From Thermoplasmata archaeon (lineage in GTDB: Archaea; Thermoplasmatota; Thermoplasmata; Lutacidiplasmatales; UBA184), in the NCBI GenBank assembly GCA_021816865.1, contig JAKAWX010000003.1, positions 34,681-98,680 on the forward strand: a stretch of 64,000 nt of DNA. Direction: 5' to 3'. This document shows positions 18,685 to 27,453 of this stretch, in pieces; position 1 is the stretch's first letter; each line of letters starts with the position of its first letter. A program made the position numbers and the translations under genes. The notes beneath the pieces were generated by a model that worked only from the letters and a program-made list of their open reading frames with translations, was not told the origin of the DNA and did no database searches.

Positions 18685-19662
18685 CTACGCCGCCTTCATC
18701 GTGGCGCGCACGGCGTGCACGATCTTCTCCGCGTTCGGCAGGTACGCGTTCTCGAGGGCGTACGGGAACGGGGTATCATACCCCGTGACCCGGGCGATCG
18801 GAGCCCGGAGCGAGAAGAACGCCTTCTCGGCCAGGATCGCCGAGAGCTCCGCTCCGAAGCCGCACGTTCGCGCCGCCTCGTGCACGACGACGGCGCGGCC
18901 GGTCTTCTCCACGGACGCAACGACCGCCTCCTCGTCGAGCGGGACCAAGCTCCTCAGGTCGATGACCTCGGTCGAGAGACCCTCGGCCGCGAGGGCTTCG
19001 GCCGCCTCCGTCGCGGGCGCCACCATCGCGCCGTAGGCGAAGACGGAGACGTCGTTCCCTTCCCGGACCAGGCGCGCCCGACCGAACGGCACCCGGTGGT
19101 CGCCGTCCGGTACTTCGCCGGTCACCGACCGGTAGATCCGCTTGGGCTCGAGAAAGATCACCGGGTCGGGGTCGTGGATCGCCGTGAGGAGGAGGCCCTT
19201 CGCGTCCGCCGGGGTGGAGGGGATCGCGACCTTCAGTCCCGCGGTGTGGCAGAAGTACGCCTCGGTGCTCTGGGAGTGGTAGAGCCCCCCCTTGATGCCC
19301 CCGCCGTAGGGGGCGCGGATCGTGACCGGGCACGGATATTGGCCGCCCGAGCGGTACCGGAACTTCGCGAGCTCGCTGACGATCTGGTCGAACGCCGGAT
19401 AGATGAAGTCGAGGAACTGGATCTCGGCGACCGGCTTGAGTCCGTAGAGCGCCATCCCGATCGCCGTCCCGACGATCCCGGTCTCGGAGAGCGGAGTGTC
19501 GATCACGCGGTCGGCGCCGAACTGCTTGAAGAGTCCCTCGGTCGCGCGGAAGACCCCGCCGTTCACGCCGATGTCCTCGCCGAGGAGGAGGACGTCGGGA
19601 TCCTGTCGCATCGCTTCCTCCAGCCCGCGGTTGACCGCCTGGACCAACGTCATCTCCGTCAT
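18685..19662 (-). CDS. 2-oxoacid dehydrogenase E1 beta subunit
   Basis: MTEMTLVQAVNRGLEEAMRQDPDVLLLGEDIG..GGVFRAT, a typical E1 beta. 325 aa. Confidence 0.9.
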   Translation of the reverse strand: MTEMTLVQAVNRGLEEAMRQDPDVLLLGEDIGVNGGVFRATEGLFKQFGADRVIDTPLSETGIVGTAIGMALYGLKPVAEIQFLDFIYPAFDQIVSELAKFRYRSGGQYPCPVTIRAPYGGGIKGGLYHSQSTEAYFCHTAGLKVAIPSTPADAKGLLLTAIHDPDPVIFLEPKRIYRSVTGEVPDGDHRVPFGRARLVREGNDVSVFAYGAMVAPATEAAEALAAEGLSTEVIDLRSLVPLDEEAVVASVEKTGRAVVVHEAARTCGFGAELSAILAEKAFFSLRAPIARVTGYDTPFPYALENAYLPNAEKIVHAVRATMKAA

Positions 19663-20759
19663 GGCGTCCCACCTCCGGACCCGGCACCGGCCGCGAACCC
19701 GCTCCGCTGCGCCTCCAACTGGGGGGTGCGGGTCTCGAAGACGTCATCGAACAGGGAAAGGGCGTCGACCGCCGGGGCGCCCTCGGCGGCCTCGAACGCC
19801 CGCGCGACGTCCCCCCGGGCCGTCTCCCAGATCGCCTTCTCGGCCCCCGCCTCCAGCACCCCCGCCTGCACAAGTCCGCGCGCCAACCGCTGGATCGGGT
19901 CGCGTTCTCGCGCGGCCGCGACCTCCGCGTCCGAGCGATACCGGTGAGGGTCGTCGGAGGTGCTGTGGGGACCAAAGCGGTAGACCTGCGCCTCGATCAG
20001 GGTCGGCCCCTCGCCGCGCACGGCCCGAGCGCGGGCCTCGCTCACGGCCCGGTAGACGGCGTTGAGGTCGTTGCCGTCCACGACAACCCCGGGGAAACCG
20101 TAGGCGTTCGACTTCTCCGCGAGCGTCGCGCTGCGGGTCTGCTTTTCGCGCGGCAGTGAGATCGCCCACTGGTTGTTCTGGCAGAGGAAGATCGTGGGGG
20201 TTCCGAACACCCCCGCGAAATTGAGACCGGCGTGGAAGTCGTTCGAGCTGGTCGCCCCGTCGCCGAAGAACGCTATCGTCGCGATCGGGTCGTGGCGCCG
20301 CCGAGCGGCCATCGCCGCCCCGACCGCGTGGGTGATCTGCGTGCCGATCGGGCTCGAGGGGACGACGATGTTCTTGTCGCGGAAACCGAAGTGGTTCGGC
20401 ATCTGCCGGCCCTTGCTCACGTCCAGGGAGTTCCCGACGAGCTGGTCGAAGATGGACCGGAGGGGTATCCCGCGGACGAGCGCGACCGCGAGCTCGCGGT
20501 ACGCGGGAAAGAACCAGTCTTCCTCCTGCATCGCGAGCGCCGCCCCGACCTGCGCGGCCTCCTGGCCCGACAACGGGGCGTAGAAGCCGATGCGGCCCTG
20601 GCGTTGCAGGGAGAGGCATCGCTCGTCGGTGACCCGGGCGACGACCATCCACCGGTAGGCGTCGAGCATCCGCGCCGCGGGAAGTTCGTGAGGCAGCACG
20701 CTTTCGGGTGCCCCGACGCCCGCGCCGGCGCCCGTCGATTGCGTCACAGGTCCCGGCAC
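19659..20759 (-). CDS. 2-oxoacid dehydrogenase E1 alpha subunit (TPP-dependent)
   Basis: LQRQGRIGFYAPLSGQEAAQVG and FFGDGATSSNDFHAGLNFA (TPP motif). ATGA overlap with E1 beta. The start is either GTG 20759 or GTG 20747; the latter lies 24-30 nt from aatatta at 20771-20777. Confidence 0.9.
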   Translation of the reverse strand: MPGPVTQSTGAGAGVGAPESVLPHELPAARMLDAYRWMVVARVTDERCLSLQRQGRIGFYAPLSGQEAAQVGAALAMQEEDWFFPAYRELAVALVRGIPLRSIFDQLVGNSLDVSKGRQMPNHFGFRDKNIVVPSSPIGTQITHAVGAAMAARRRHDPIATIAFFGDGATSSNDFHAGLNFAGVFGTPTIFLCQNNQWAISLPREKQTRSATLAEKSNAYGFPGVVVDGNDLNAVYRAVSEARARAVRGEGPTLIEAQVYRFGPHSTSDDPHRYRSDAEVAAARERDPIQRLARGLVQAGVLEAGAEKAIWETARGDVARAFEAAEGAPAVDALSLFDDVFETRTPQLEAQRSGFAAGAGSGGGTP

Positions 20760-20872
20760 CTGTCGCTTCGAATATTACCTTTGAGATGGGGCCCCGGGGC
20801 CATCGACCACCGATCTCCTACCGCCCCGGAGCCGCCGGGGGTGGCCGCCGCACCGCGCGGTATCCTCGGGAC

Positions 20873-21373
20873 CTAGTCCGGAACTAGCGAGATCGGGTCG
20901 CCGGGGCACACCGGGCCGCCGACGACAACACGCGCGTACCATCCGCGCCGGTCGAGCATGGTGCGAAGAAACGCGGGACCCCGGTCCGCACCAACGTACG
21001 GCAGTAGGTAGAGGTTGTCGCACGGCGTGCACGGCTTCGAAATCTCCAGCGTGACCGGCCCCACGCGAAGGCGACGACCGGCCGCGAGCGCCTCCGGAGG
21101 GATTCCCGCCGTCGTGACGTTCTCCCCGAGGTCCCCCGGCGCGACGGGCCAGCCTTCGCGGTTCAACTGCTCGATCGTCTCGATAGGGACCAGAAGCACG
21201 GCCATCGCCGGGTCGTCCTGCTTCTCCTCGTGGCGATACCGGTTGAAGTCCCCGGCGACGCCTTCGACCGTGAACTCCGCCCGGTCGACCGCGACCTTCG
21301 GGAGCCCGTGCTCGTGGTCCGCCTCGGGCTTGACATTGACTCGAACGACGGTGGGCAACGCGTGCGCGCGCAT
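20873..21373 (-). CDS. MOSC domain protein
   Basis: GDLGENVTTAGI...LEISKPCTPC, typical of MOSC. The ATG at 21373 lies 26 nt from ttgaataaa (21395-21403). The start given by the ORF track, 21403, is a TTG inside that box. Confidence 0.75.
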   Translation of the reverse strand: MRAHALPTVVRVNVKPEADHEHGLPKVAVDRAEFTVEGVAGDFNRYRHEEKQDDPAMAVLLVPIETIEQLNREGWPVAPGDLGENVTTAGIPPEALAAGRRLRVGPVTLEISKPCTPCDNLYLLPYVGADRGPAFLRTMLDRRGWYARVVVGGPVCPGDPISLVPD

Positions 21374-21516
21374 CCGCGTCGGGGAGTCCCACCGTTTATT
21401 CAAGGTTCGCCCATCCCGTAACGGCTCCCCCAGGGGTGTTCCGCGACCCCTTCGGGATGGTTAATGCCTATTTGTACTGGTGTCGGCCTGCGCGCGAGCC
21501 TTGGAGCCCCTGCACG

Positions 21517-22503
21517 ATGTCCGGACATTCCTTCGCCATCGAAACCCGGGGCGTCACTCGCGTCTTCGATAGCCGCAAGGGGTTCCTCTTCCGGGAAGTC
21601 TCGCACACCGAGGCACTGAAAGGCGTCGACCTTGCGGTCGAGCAGGGAGCGATCTTCGGGCTCCTCGGTCCGAACGGGGCCGGGAAGACGACGCTCACGA
21701 AGATCCTCTCGACCCTCTTGCTTCCGACGGGGGGCCGCGCGCTCGTCCTCGGCCACGACGTCGTCACCGACGCGGAATGGCTGCGGCCGCGCATCGGACT
21801 CGTCCTGGGCGGCGAGAGGGGGCTCTACAACCGCATTAGCGGTCGGGAGAACCTGCGGTACTTCGCCGACCTCTACGGCCTCCCGACGGCCGAGCGCGAG
21901 CGACGGATTGACGAGATCCTCGCGCGCGTCGACCTGAGCTCGGCGGCCGACCGACGGGTGGAGGAGTACTCGCGCGGCATGAAGCAGAAGCTCCACCTGG
22001 CTCGCGGCATCCTCCTTCGGCCGCAGGTCCTCTTCCTCGATGAGCCGACAATCGGCCTCGACCCGAAGAGCGCGCGGGAGACCCGAAAGCTCGTACGCTC
22101 GCTCGTCGCCGACGGCGTGACGATCTTCCTCACGACACACTACATGTTCGAGGCCGAAGAGCTCTGTCCCCAGCTCGCGATCCTGTCGAAGGGGCGGATC
22201 GTCGCCCGCGACACGGTCGCGAGGCTTCGGCAGCTCGTCGGTGGCGACCGCACGCTCGAGGCCGAGGCGTACGGGTTCGAGGACACCGAGGTCAGCGCGC
22301 TCCGTCGGCTTCCCGGAGTATCGAAGATCATCGAAGAGGAGTACGGTCCACGCACGCGTCTCACACTGCGGGTGCGGACCGACGAGGTCCGGCCGGACGA
22401 CGTCCGCGCCCTCCTGCCGGATCATCCCGAACTCGAGGTGAAGGAGCGACGGACGAGCCTAGAGGACGTCTACCTCGACCTGGTCGAGGAGGAGGCCCAC
22501 TAG
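21517..22503 (+). CDS. ABC transporter ATP-binding protein (DrrA/ABC-2 exporter type)
   Basis: GLLGPNGAGKTTLTKIL, YSRGMKQKLHLAR and LFLDEPTIGLDP. Start taken at MSGHSF. Confidence 0.85.
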   Translation: MSGHSFAIETRGVTRVFDSRKGFLFREVSHTEALKGVDLAVEQGAIFGLLGPNGAGKTTLTKILSTLLLPTGGRALVLGHDVVTDAEWLRPRIGLVLGGERGLYNRISGRENLRYFADLYGLPTAERERRIDEILARVDLSSAADRRVEEYSRGMKQKLHLARGILLRPQVLFLDEPTIGLDPKSARETRKLVRSLVADGVTIFLTTHYMFEAEELCPQLAILSKGRIVARDTVARLRQLVGGDRTLEAEAYGFEDTEVSALRRLPGVSKIIEEEYGPRTRLTLRVRTDEVRPDDVRALLPDHPELEVKERRTSLEDVYLDLVEEEAH

Positions 22504-23310
22504 ATGGAACCCGTACGGAGCGAGTTCTCCCGCGGCCGGTCGACGCTGGCGTCGCTTCGGATCGCGATCCTCCAGTTCCTCGCGGACCCCCAGTGGCTCA
22601 TCCCGTCGATGATTGCCCCCGTCGTCTTCGCGCTCGTCTCCTACGAGCTCTTCCGTGGCTCGGGGCCGTACTTCCTCACCTACGCGATCCTCGGTGCGGG
22701 CATGATGAGCATGTGGGGCCAGACCCTCTACGGGAGCGGCTGGGCCACTTCCCAGGACCGCGAGTTCGGTACGCTCGAACCGACGATCCAGTCCCCCACC
22801 CCCTACCTCTACGTGATCCTCGGACGGGTACTCTGGAACGTGCTTTCGGGTCTGTTCGGCGGGCTGATCGTCTACGTCGTCATCGTTGCCGCGTCGGGCG
22901 GACCCCCGGCGCTTCCCGACCCGCTCGGCTTCGCGCTCCTCTTCGTCTTCGTGATGTTGTCGCTCGCGAGCGTCGGGGTCGTCTTCGCGGCCTTCTACGT
23001 GTACACCCGGTACGCGGGGTTCATCCAGAACATCGGGGAGTTCGCATTTTACGTCGGGACCGGCTGCATGTTCCCGGTCGTCCTCCTCCCGTTCTGGACG
23101 AACCCGATCTCGCTCGTATTCCCCCCGACCTGGGGGCTCGACGCGCTCCGCTACCTCGCGATCCCCGGCTACCGCGGGTTCGGTTGGGGGTTCTGGCTGG
23201 ACCTCCTCGGGGCGCTCGGGACCACGCTGGCGTACCTCGCGATCGCCGGCTCGATCTTCCACCGGGTGGAGCGCCACGTCCTCGAGGAGGGGAACCTCTC
23301 CCAGTACTGA
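22504..23310 (+). CDS. ABC-2 type transporter permease
   Basis: Starts immediately after the ATPase stop. A 6-TM-like hydrophobic profile. Confidence 0.75.
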   Translation: MEPVRSEFSRGRSTLASLRIAILQFLADPQWLIPSMIAPVVFALVSYELFRGSGPYFLTYAILGAGMMSMWGQTLYGSGWATSQDREFGTLEPTIQSPTPYLYVILGRVLWNVLSGLFGGLIVYVVIVAASGGPPALPDPLGFALLFVFVMLSLASVGVVFAAFYVYTRYAGFIQNIGEFAFYVGTGCMFPVVLLPFWTNPISLVFPPTWGLDALRYLAIPGYRGFGWGFWLDLLGALGTTLAYLAIAGSIFHRVERHVLEEGNLSQY

Positions 23311-23326
23311 CGGGAGCGGAACGGAG

Positions 23327-24145
23327 ATGTCGAGCGCGCTCGCGGCCTACCGCACCTCGTTCTGGAGGACGTTCTGGCGGAACGCCCTCATGGCGCCGCG
23401 AACGAGCCTCGGGTTCATGCGCGTCGACTTCATCCTCGGAACCGTCTTCGTCGTTCCCCTCACCCAGATGGTCTTCTTTGCGTTCGTCGTCCAACTGGGC
23501 GGCGGCGGCGCGTCGGAGATCGCGTACACCGCCCTTGGGAACGCGGTCGCGACGGTCACCTACTCGAGCATCTTCTCGGTCTGCCAGACGACCGACTCCG
23601 AGAAGTCCCAGGGAACGATGGAGCACCTCCTCGTATCGCCGGCGAACCGGCTCGCGTTGTACTTTGGTCGGGGCCTGATCCCGATCCTGATCTCCCTCGC
23701 GACGGTCGCGGTCGGCCTCGTATACGCGAGCGTCCTGTTCGGCGTGAGCATCGCCGCCGCCTCGATCCCGGAGCTCGCGGTTTCGGTCGTACTCACCGCG
23801 TTCGCGATGGTGGGCTTCGGCCTGCTGCTCGGCGGCGTCGCGCTCTACCTCCGTACGTCGATCATCCTCGGGAACATCTTCCTGTTTGCCGGACTGCTCC
23901 TCTCGGGGGTCAACTTCCCCCTCTCCCAGCTTCCGCTACCGCTTCAGTGGGCGGGGGATGCGTTCCCGCTCACCTGGGGTCTCGCCGCCATCCGGGCCGC
24001 GGTGTCGGGCGAACCGCTCTCGTCGCTGCTGGTGCTTTGGGGGGCAGTCGCTCTATCGGCGATCTTGGCCTTCTCGGCCGCGATCGGTCTCTGGACCGTG
24101 TTCGAGCGCCGCGCTCTCGCCACCGGCAGCATCGCCCGGTTCTAG
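23327..24145 (+). CDS. ABC-2 type transporter permease (second subunit)
   Basis: Multi-TM protein of 272 aa, in the same operon. Confidence 0.75.
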   Translation: MSSALAAYRTSFWRTFWRNALMAPRTSLGFMRVDFILGTVFVVPLTQMVFFAFVVQLGGGGASEIAYTALGNAVATVTYSSIFSVCQTTDSEKSQGTMEHLLVSPANRLALYFGRGLIPILISLATVAVGLVYASVLFGVSIAAASIPELAVSVVLTAFAMVGFGLLLGGVALYLRTSIILGNIFLFAGLLLSGVNFPLSQLPLPLQWAGDAFPLTWGLAAIRAAVSGEPLSSLLVLWGAVALSAILAFSAAIGLWTVFERRALATGSIARF

Positions 24146-24199
24146 TCCCGACCACGGGGCGACCGTTCGTTTATTAGCCGACGGCGGGTCGGTGGACCC

Positions 24200-25309
24200 G
24201 TGCGCCGGGCCACCCCGATAGAACTCGCTCCCGAGGAACGCGCCGAGCTCGAACGCTGGAGCCTCGCGTCGGCGGAACCCGCTCGCCTGGGGACGCGCGC
24301 GCGGATCGTACTCGAGGCTGCGGCCGGACGTTCGAACGCAGAAATCGCCACCCGCGTCGGCGTGCATTCCGAGACCGTCACGCGCTGGCGCCTTCGCTTC
24401 GCGGTCAACCGACTGGAGGGGCTGCGTCGCGACGCCCCCCGGTCCGGCCGGCGGGCATCCCCGTCCTCGAACCTCGAGGAAAGGATCGTACGTCTCGTCT
24501 CGGCCGATCCTGCGTCGGACGGGTCCGCGTGGACCACCCGTTCGCTCGCCCGACGCCTGGAGGTCAACCACATGGCCATCCACCGCACCCTCGCGGCACG
24601 GGCCCGTCGGCCCGGCGCCCGTCTCGGCAGCGGGTCCGTCCGTGTCGACGTCGGGGGGGTGTTTCTGCATTCCCCTGCGGCCGCGATCGTCTTCGAGATC
24701 AGCCCCACCGCTTCCGACGGGAGTCCGGAGGATCCTCACCTCCCGGCGACGACCCATCAGTCGGGAGGGTACCTCTTCTCGGACCGGAACGCCGTCCCCT
24801 CCGCCCTCGTCGAGGTCCTCTCGCGAGCAGAGGAACTGATCAGCCGGGTGGCCGACACCGGCCGCTCCCCCCATGAACTCCTCGTTTTCCTGCGGGCGGT
24901 CGACGAAGCGCTTCCCCGAGCTGGCCGACTGCGCCTCTTCTTGGACCGCCCGCTCGGTTACGTGTCGGGGCGCTTGACGGCTTGGCTGAACGCTCACCCC
25001 CGGTTCGAGGTCGTGGCGACCCCCGCGGACCGTTCTTGGACCGACGAGGTCGAGAGCTGGCTTCACGGGTGGGACGGATCCCCGCTCCGTATCGAAAGCT
25101 TCGCCAACTTTGCCCCGCTGATCGAGGCGCTCGCCCGCGCGGTCGGGACCGAGACAGCCATGCCGCGCGCATTTGCATGGGCGGCGGAACCGATGTCCCC
25201 GGCGGCACTCGCCCGTGGCGCACCTCGTACGCGAGCTCCACGAGTCGAACGATCGGCTCCTTCGGCAGGAGGGCGGGATCTTCTACCAAGGGCGCCGCCC
25301 CGCATGTAG
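24200..25309 (+). mobile_element. IS630-family-like transposase homologue, apparently degenerate
   Basis: N-terminal HTH (GRSNAEIATRVGVHSETVTRWRLRF) and wHTH (WTTRSLARRLEV..MAIHRTL). The body aligns by eye to the IS630 pattern ..VDEKSQ.. / ..LDN.. / ..SWLNQVE.. as IVFEISPT / LFLDRP / SWTDEVE. A TATA-like tttatta lies at 24170-24176. Confidence 0.55.
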
Positions 25310-25590
25310 CCGCGGGGTGGGAAACACCGGTCCGCCGACGGCCGCGGCCAGAGTGCTAGCCGCGGGCACGACCCGGTCCGGACCTCCGACCGTGTCGGTT
25401 GCCGCTTCGGTCCGGGGTTCCGCGTCGAGATTCCGAGCTCCCTCTCTCCCAGCGGTCCGGTGGGGTGGGGGAGCTTGCGGGGCTCCTCTCGCTTCGGGCG
25501 CCCGCCAGGGCCCCGTTCGCGCCGTCCTGACGCCGGGAGACCTTCGGATCGGCGAAATACCTAAAGCCACCCTCACCTCCCGCCCCTCGA

Positions 25591-25607
25591 GGGCCCAAAG
25601 CTTGGTT
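25591..25607 (+). repeat. Orphan copy of the 5' end of tRNA-Ile (15/17 identity), candidate att-site remnant
   Basis: gggcccaaagcttggtt versus gggcccatagcttagtt at 28958-28974, in the same orientation. Confidence 0.4.
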
Positions 25608-25631
25608 CCGGATCGATCATGCTCGGTCCCC

Positions 25632-25916
25632 ATGGCAACAGACGGCTCTCGCTCGAGCGTCCTTAGGGTCGCGGATTCACGCGATCCCCGATACGAAGAG
25701 CCCCGCCGCCCAGTCGGATGGACCGAGAAGGAGCGGAAGACATGTGCTCTGTGCGGAAGCACCGGCACGATCTCCGTCTCGCGCTTGCCGTGTGCGCCGC
25801 CTGCCGCGCTTCGATGTGACTGGTGCTCGAGGTCGGGTTGGATGCGCGGGAGAGGGAGTTCAAGGAAGCATGACGCGACTCTAAGAACCAGCACGCTGAC
25901 GGGCGGAGCGGAATGA
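25632..25916 (+). CDS. Hypothetical small Cys-rich protein (possible zinc ribbon)
   Basis: 94 aa with CALCGSTG..x12..C..x8..CDWC. ATGA overlap with the next small ORF. Third-position GC is only moderate, so this is weakly supported. Confidence 0.25.
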   Translation: MATDGSRSSVLRVADSRDPRYEEPRRPVGWTEKERKTCALCGSTGTISVSRLPCAPPAALRCDWCSRSGWMRGRGSSRKHDATLRTSTLTGGAE

Positions 25917-26065
25917 TGGCGAGCGCCGAGGACGAGGACGGCGAGGATTTCTCCGACGAGGAAATCGCCGAACTCAAGGACCTCATGGAGCACGGTCTTT
26001 TCGTCGACGTCGAGTTCGCTCCGAACGGGGGCCTGCTGACCATCGGCGGCCGTCGTGTCGAGTGA
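25913..26065 (+). CDS. Hypothetical small acidic protein (50 aa)
   Basis: MMASAEDEDGEDFSDEEIAELKDLMEHGLF... About 84 percent G/C at codon position 3 by hand count. Too short to appear in the ORF track. Confidence 0.35.
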   Translation: MMASAEDEDGEDFSDEEIAELKDLMEHGLFVDVEFAPNGGLLTIGGRRVE

Positions 26066-26296
26066 ACCTCGCGGGCGGTGAAAGCCCCTCGCGGGTGGCT
26101 CAGAAGGAGCAGGGTCGGCCCGAGCGGGCCGTCGGTTCTTCGAAGTGTTTCTAGGATTCGAGGGGGTTCCCTCCCCCGAAGAGTCTCGTGGTGGCTGCCC
26201 CCTCCTGATCGGCCCGAATCCCCGATCCTGCGCTAGTCCGGCGGGCGAGTGAAGATACGGGATGGCTCTATCCTCACAATGCGGTTGTGCCATGTA

Positions 26297-26310
26297 GTTT
26301 ACTTATATAC
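26297..26310 (+). promoter_or_regulatory. Archaeal TATA box (ttatata) driving a leaderless transcript
   Basis: Lies in a strikingly AT-rich island (26291-26335). The TATA at 26303-26309 sits 24-30 nt upstream of the ATG at 26333. Confidence 0.5.
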
Positions 26311-26332
26311 TTATCAACAATACTTAGGACAT

Positions 26333-26899
26333 ATGATCCCGACCGTATCCTTCGTCCGGTCCCCATCGGAACGGGCCGTCCCCCGCCGTCTCTTTCTACC
26401 GGAGGTCCGCCCGTTCCATCGCCCCCCGCAGCGGACACGGCTGCGCCTCGACCACCCGGAGGATGTGGAGGAGGCACGCAGAGCAGGTCTCCCGCTCTAT
26501 CTCCTCCGGCCCGAGACCGTGACCATGCTCGGCTACCCGATGGCCTTTCCCCCGGTCCTGTTCGCCACCGAGCCGACTCGCTCCGGCATCGACTCTACGT
26601 TCCGGAGCGTGGCGATGGTCTCCGACGAAGCCGTGCGGAACCCCCGGCTCGAAGACGTGATCGTGATGCTCCTGCACGTCGACGAGCTCGCCGCGCGAGC
26701 CGTGGCAGAACGAAACCGGGAGGATGTCCACCCCGCGTATCTGCTGAAGCGGATCCTCCAGGAGGACTGCGAGCGCGCGGCGACGCTCGTGCGGCTTCAG
26801 GATCTCGTCCCAGCCTTGGCGAAGGTAGGCCGCGCGCTTCCCAAAGCCGCGCTGACCCGGCAAATGCGGAAGAACCGCCCTCGCGGAGTCATCCCATGA
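26333..26899 (+). CDS. Hypothetical helical protein, partner of the downstream nucleotidyltransferase
   Basis: 188 aa starting at MIPTVSF. ATGA overlap with the next gene. Contains ERNREDVH (an Rx5H pattern). I recognise no family. Confidence 0.6.
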   Translation: MIPTVSFVRSPSERAVPRRLFLPEVRPFHRPPQRTRLRLDHPEDVEEARRAGLPLYLLRPETVTMLGYPMAFPPVLFATEPTRSGIDSTFRSVAMVSDEAVRNPRLEDVIVMLLHVDELAARAVAERNREDVHPAYLLKRILQEDCERAATLVRLQDLVPALAKVGRALPKAALTRQMRKNRPRGVIP

Positions 26900-27453
26900 G
26901 ACCGGCGGAAATTGAAGAAATCGCCGAGCGCTTGGCGGAGCTCGGGGTGCCGTTCGTCGTGGTCGGCGGCTCGGCTCTCGAGCGGGAGTTCTCGGTCGGG
27001 ACTTCTGACGTGGACCTTCTCGTCCTCGTAGGCGACTTCCAATCGCTGGAGGAGCTTCTTGCGGACCGCAAGGACATGGGCCCGTTCGAGCCCACCGGTA
27101 ACATCGGTACCGCGCAGGTGCTCGTCGGGTCGGGCTGGACCGAAGTCGAGTTCATTACGGGCTCGTCGTTCTCGGGACGGCAATCTGGGGACTCCTTCGT
27201 CCGGTACGTCCGCGACTACCGTTCCGAGAAGCGCGCCGGAGTCCGGTGGGCGCGGCCCGAAGTCGTTTGGTATATGCGGCTAAGCACGGACGACTGGCAA
27301 CTCTACGTGATCAAGATCCACCGGGACCTGAGGGCAGGAGTACCAGCGTCCACGTTCGATGGGGTGCTGGACGTCGCCCGGCACTTCGGTGTCGAGGAGA
27401 AGATCCGGGGTCGAGTCGGGAAGGCGCAGGAAGTCGTCCGTCTTTACCGATAG
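26896..27453 (+). CDS. Pol-beta superfamily nucleotidyltransferase-like protein
   Basis: VVGGSALEREFSVGTSDVDLLVLV fits hG[GS]x9-13Dh[DE]h. 185 aa. Confidence 0.7.
   Translation: MRPAEIEEIAERLAELGVPFVVVGGSALEREFSVGTSDVDLLVLVGDFQSLEELLADRKDMGPFEPTGNIGTAQVLVGSGWTEVEFITGSSFSGRQSGDSFVRYVRDYRSEKRAGVRWARPEVVWYMRLSTDDWQLYVIKIHRDLRAGVPASTFDGVLDVARHFGVEEKIRGRVGKAQEVVRLYR

Noticed and set aside
24188-25339. Imperfect inverted repeat (10/11) flanking the IS630-like gene, as terminal inverted repeats
   Set aside because: The match is too short, does not extend outward, and shows no obvious TA target duplication. It is mentioned only as a weak candidate.
25742-26065. Possible longer ancestral ORF in the frame of the 50-aa acidic gene, interrupted by two in-frame TGA codons (25817, 25871)
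   Set aside because: Third-position GC (about 77 percent versus about 67 percent for the alternative frame, hand-counted) is suggestive. However, there is no recognisable protein family and no Sec-type context, so pseudogene, recoding and chance cannot be distinguished from sequence alone.
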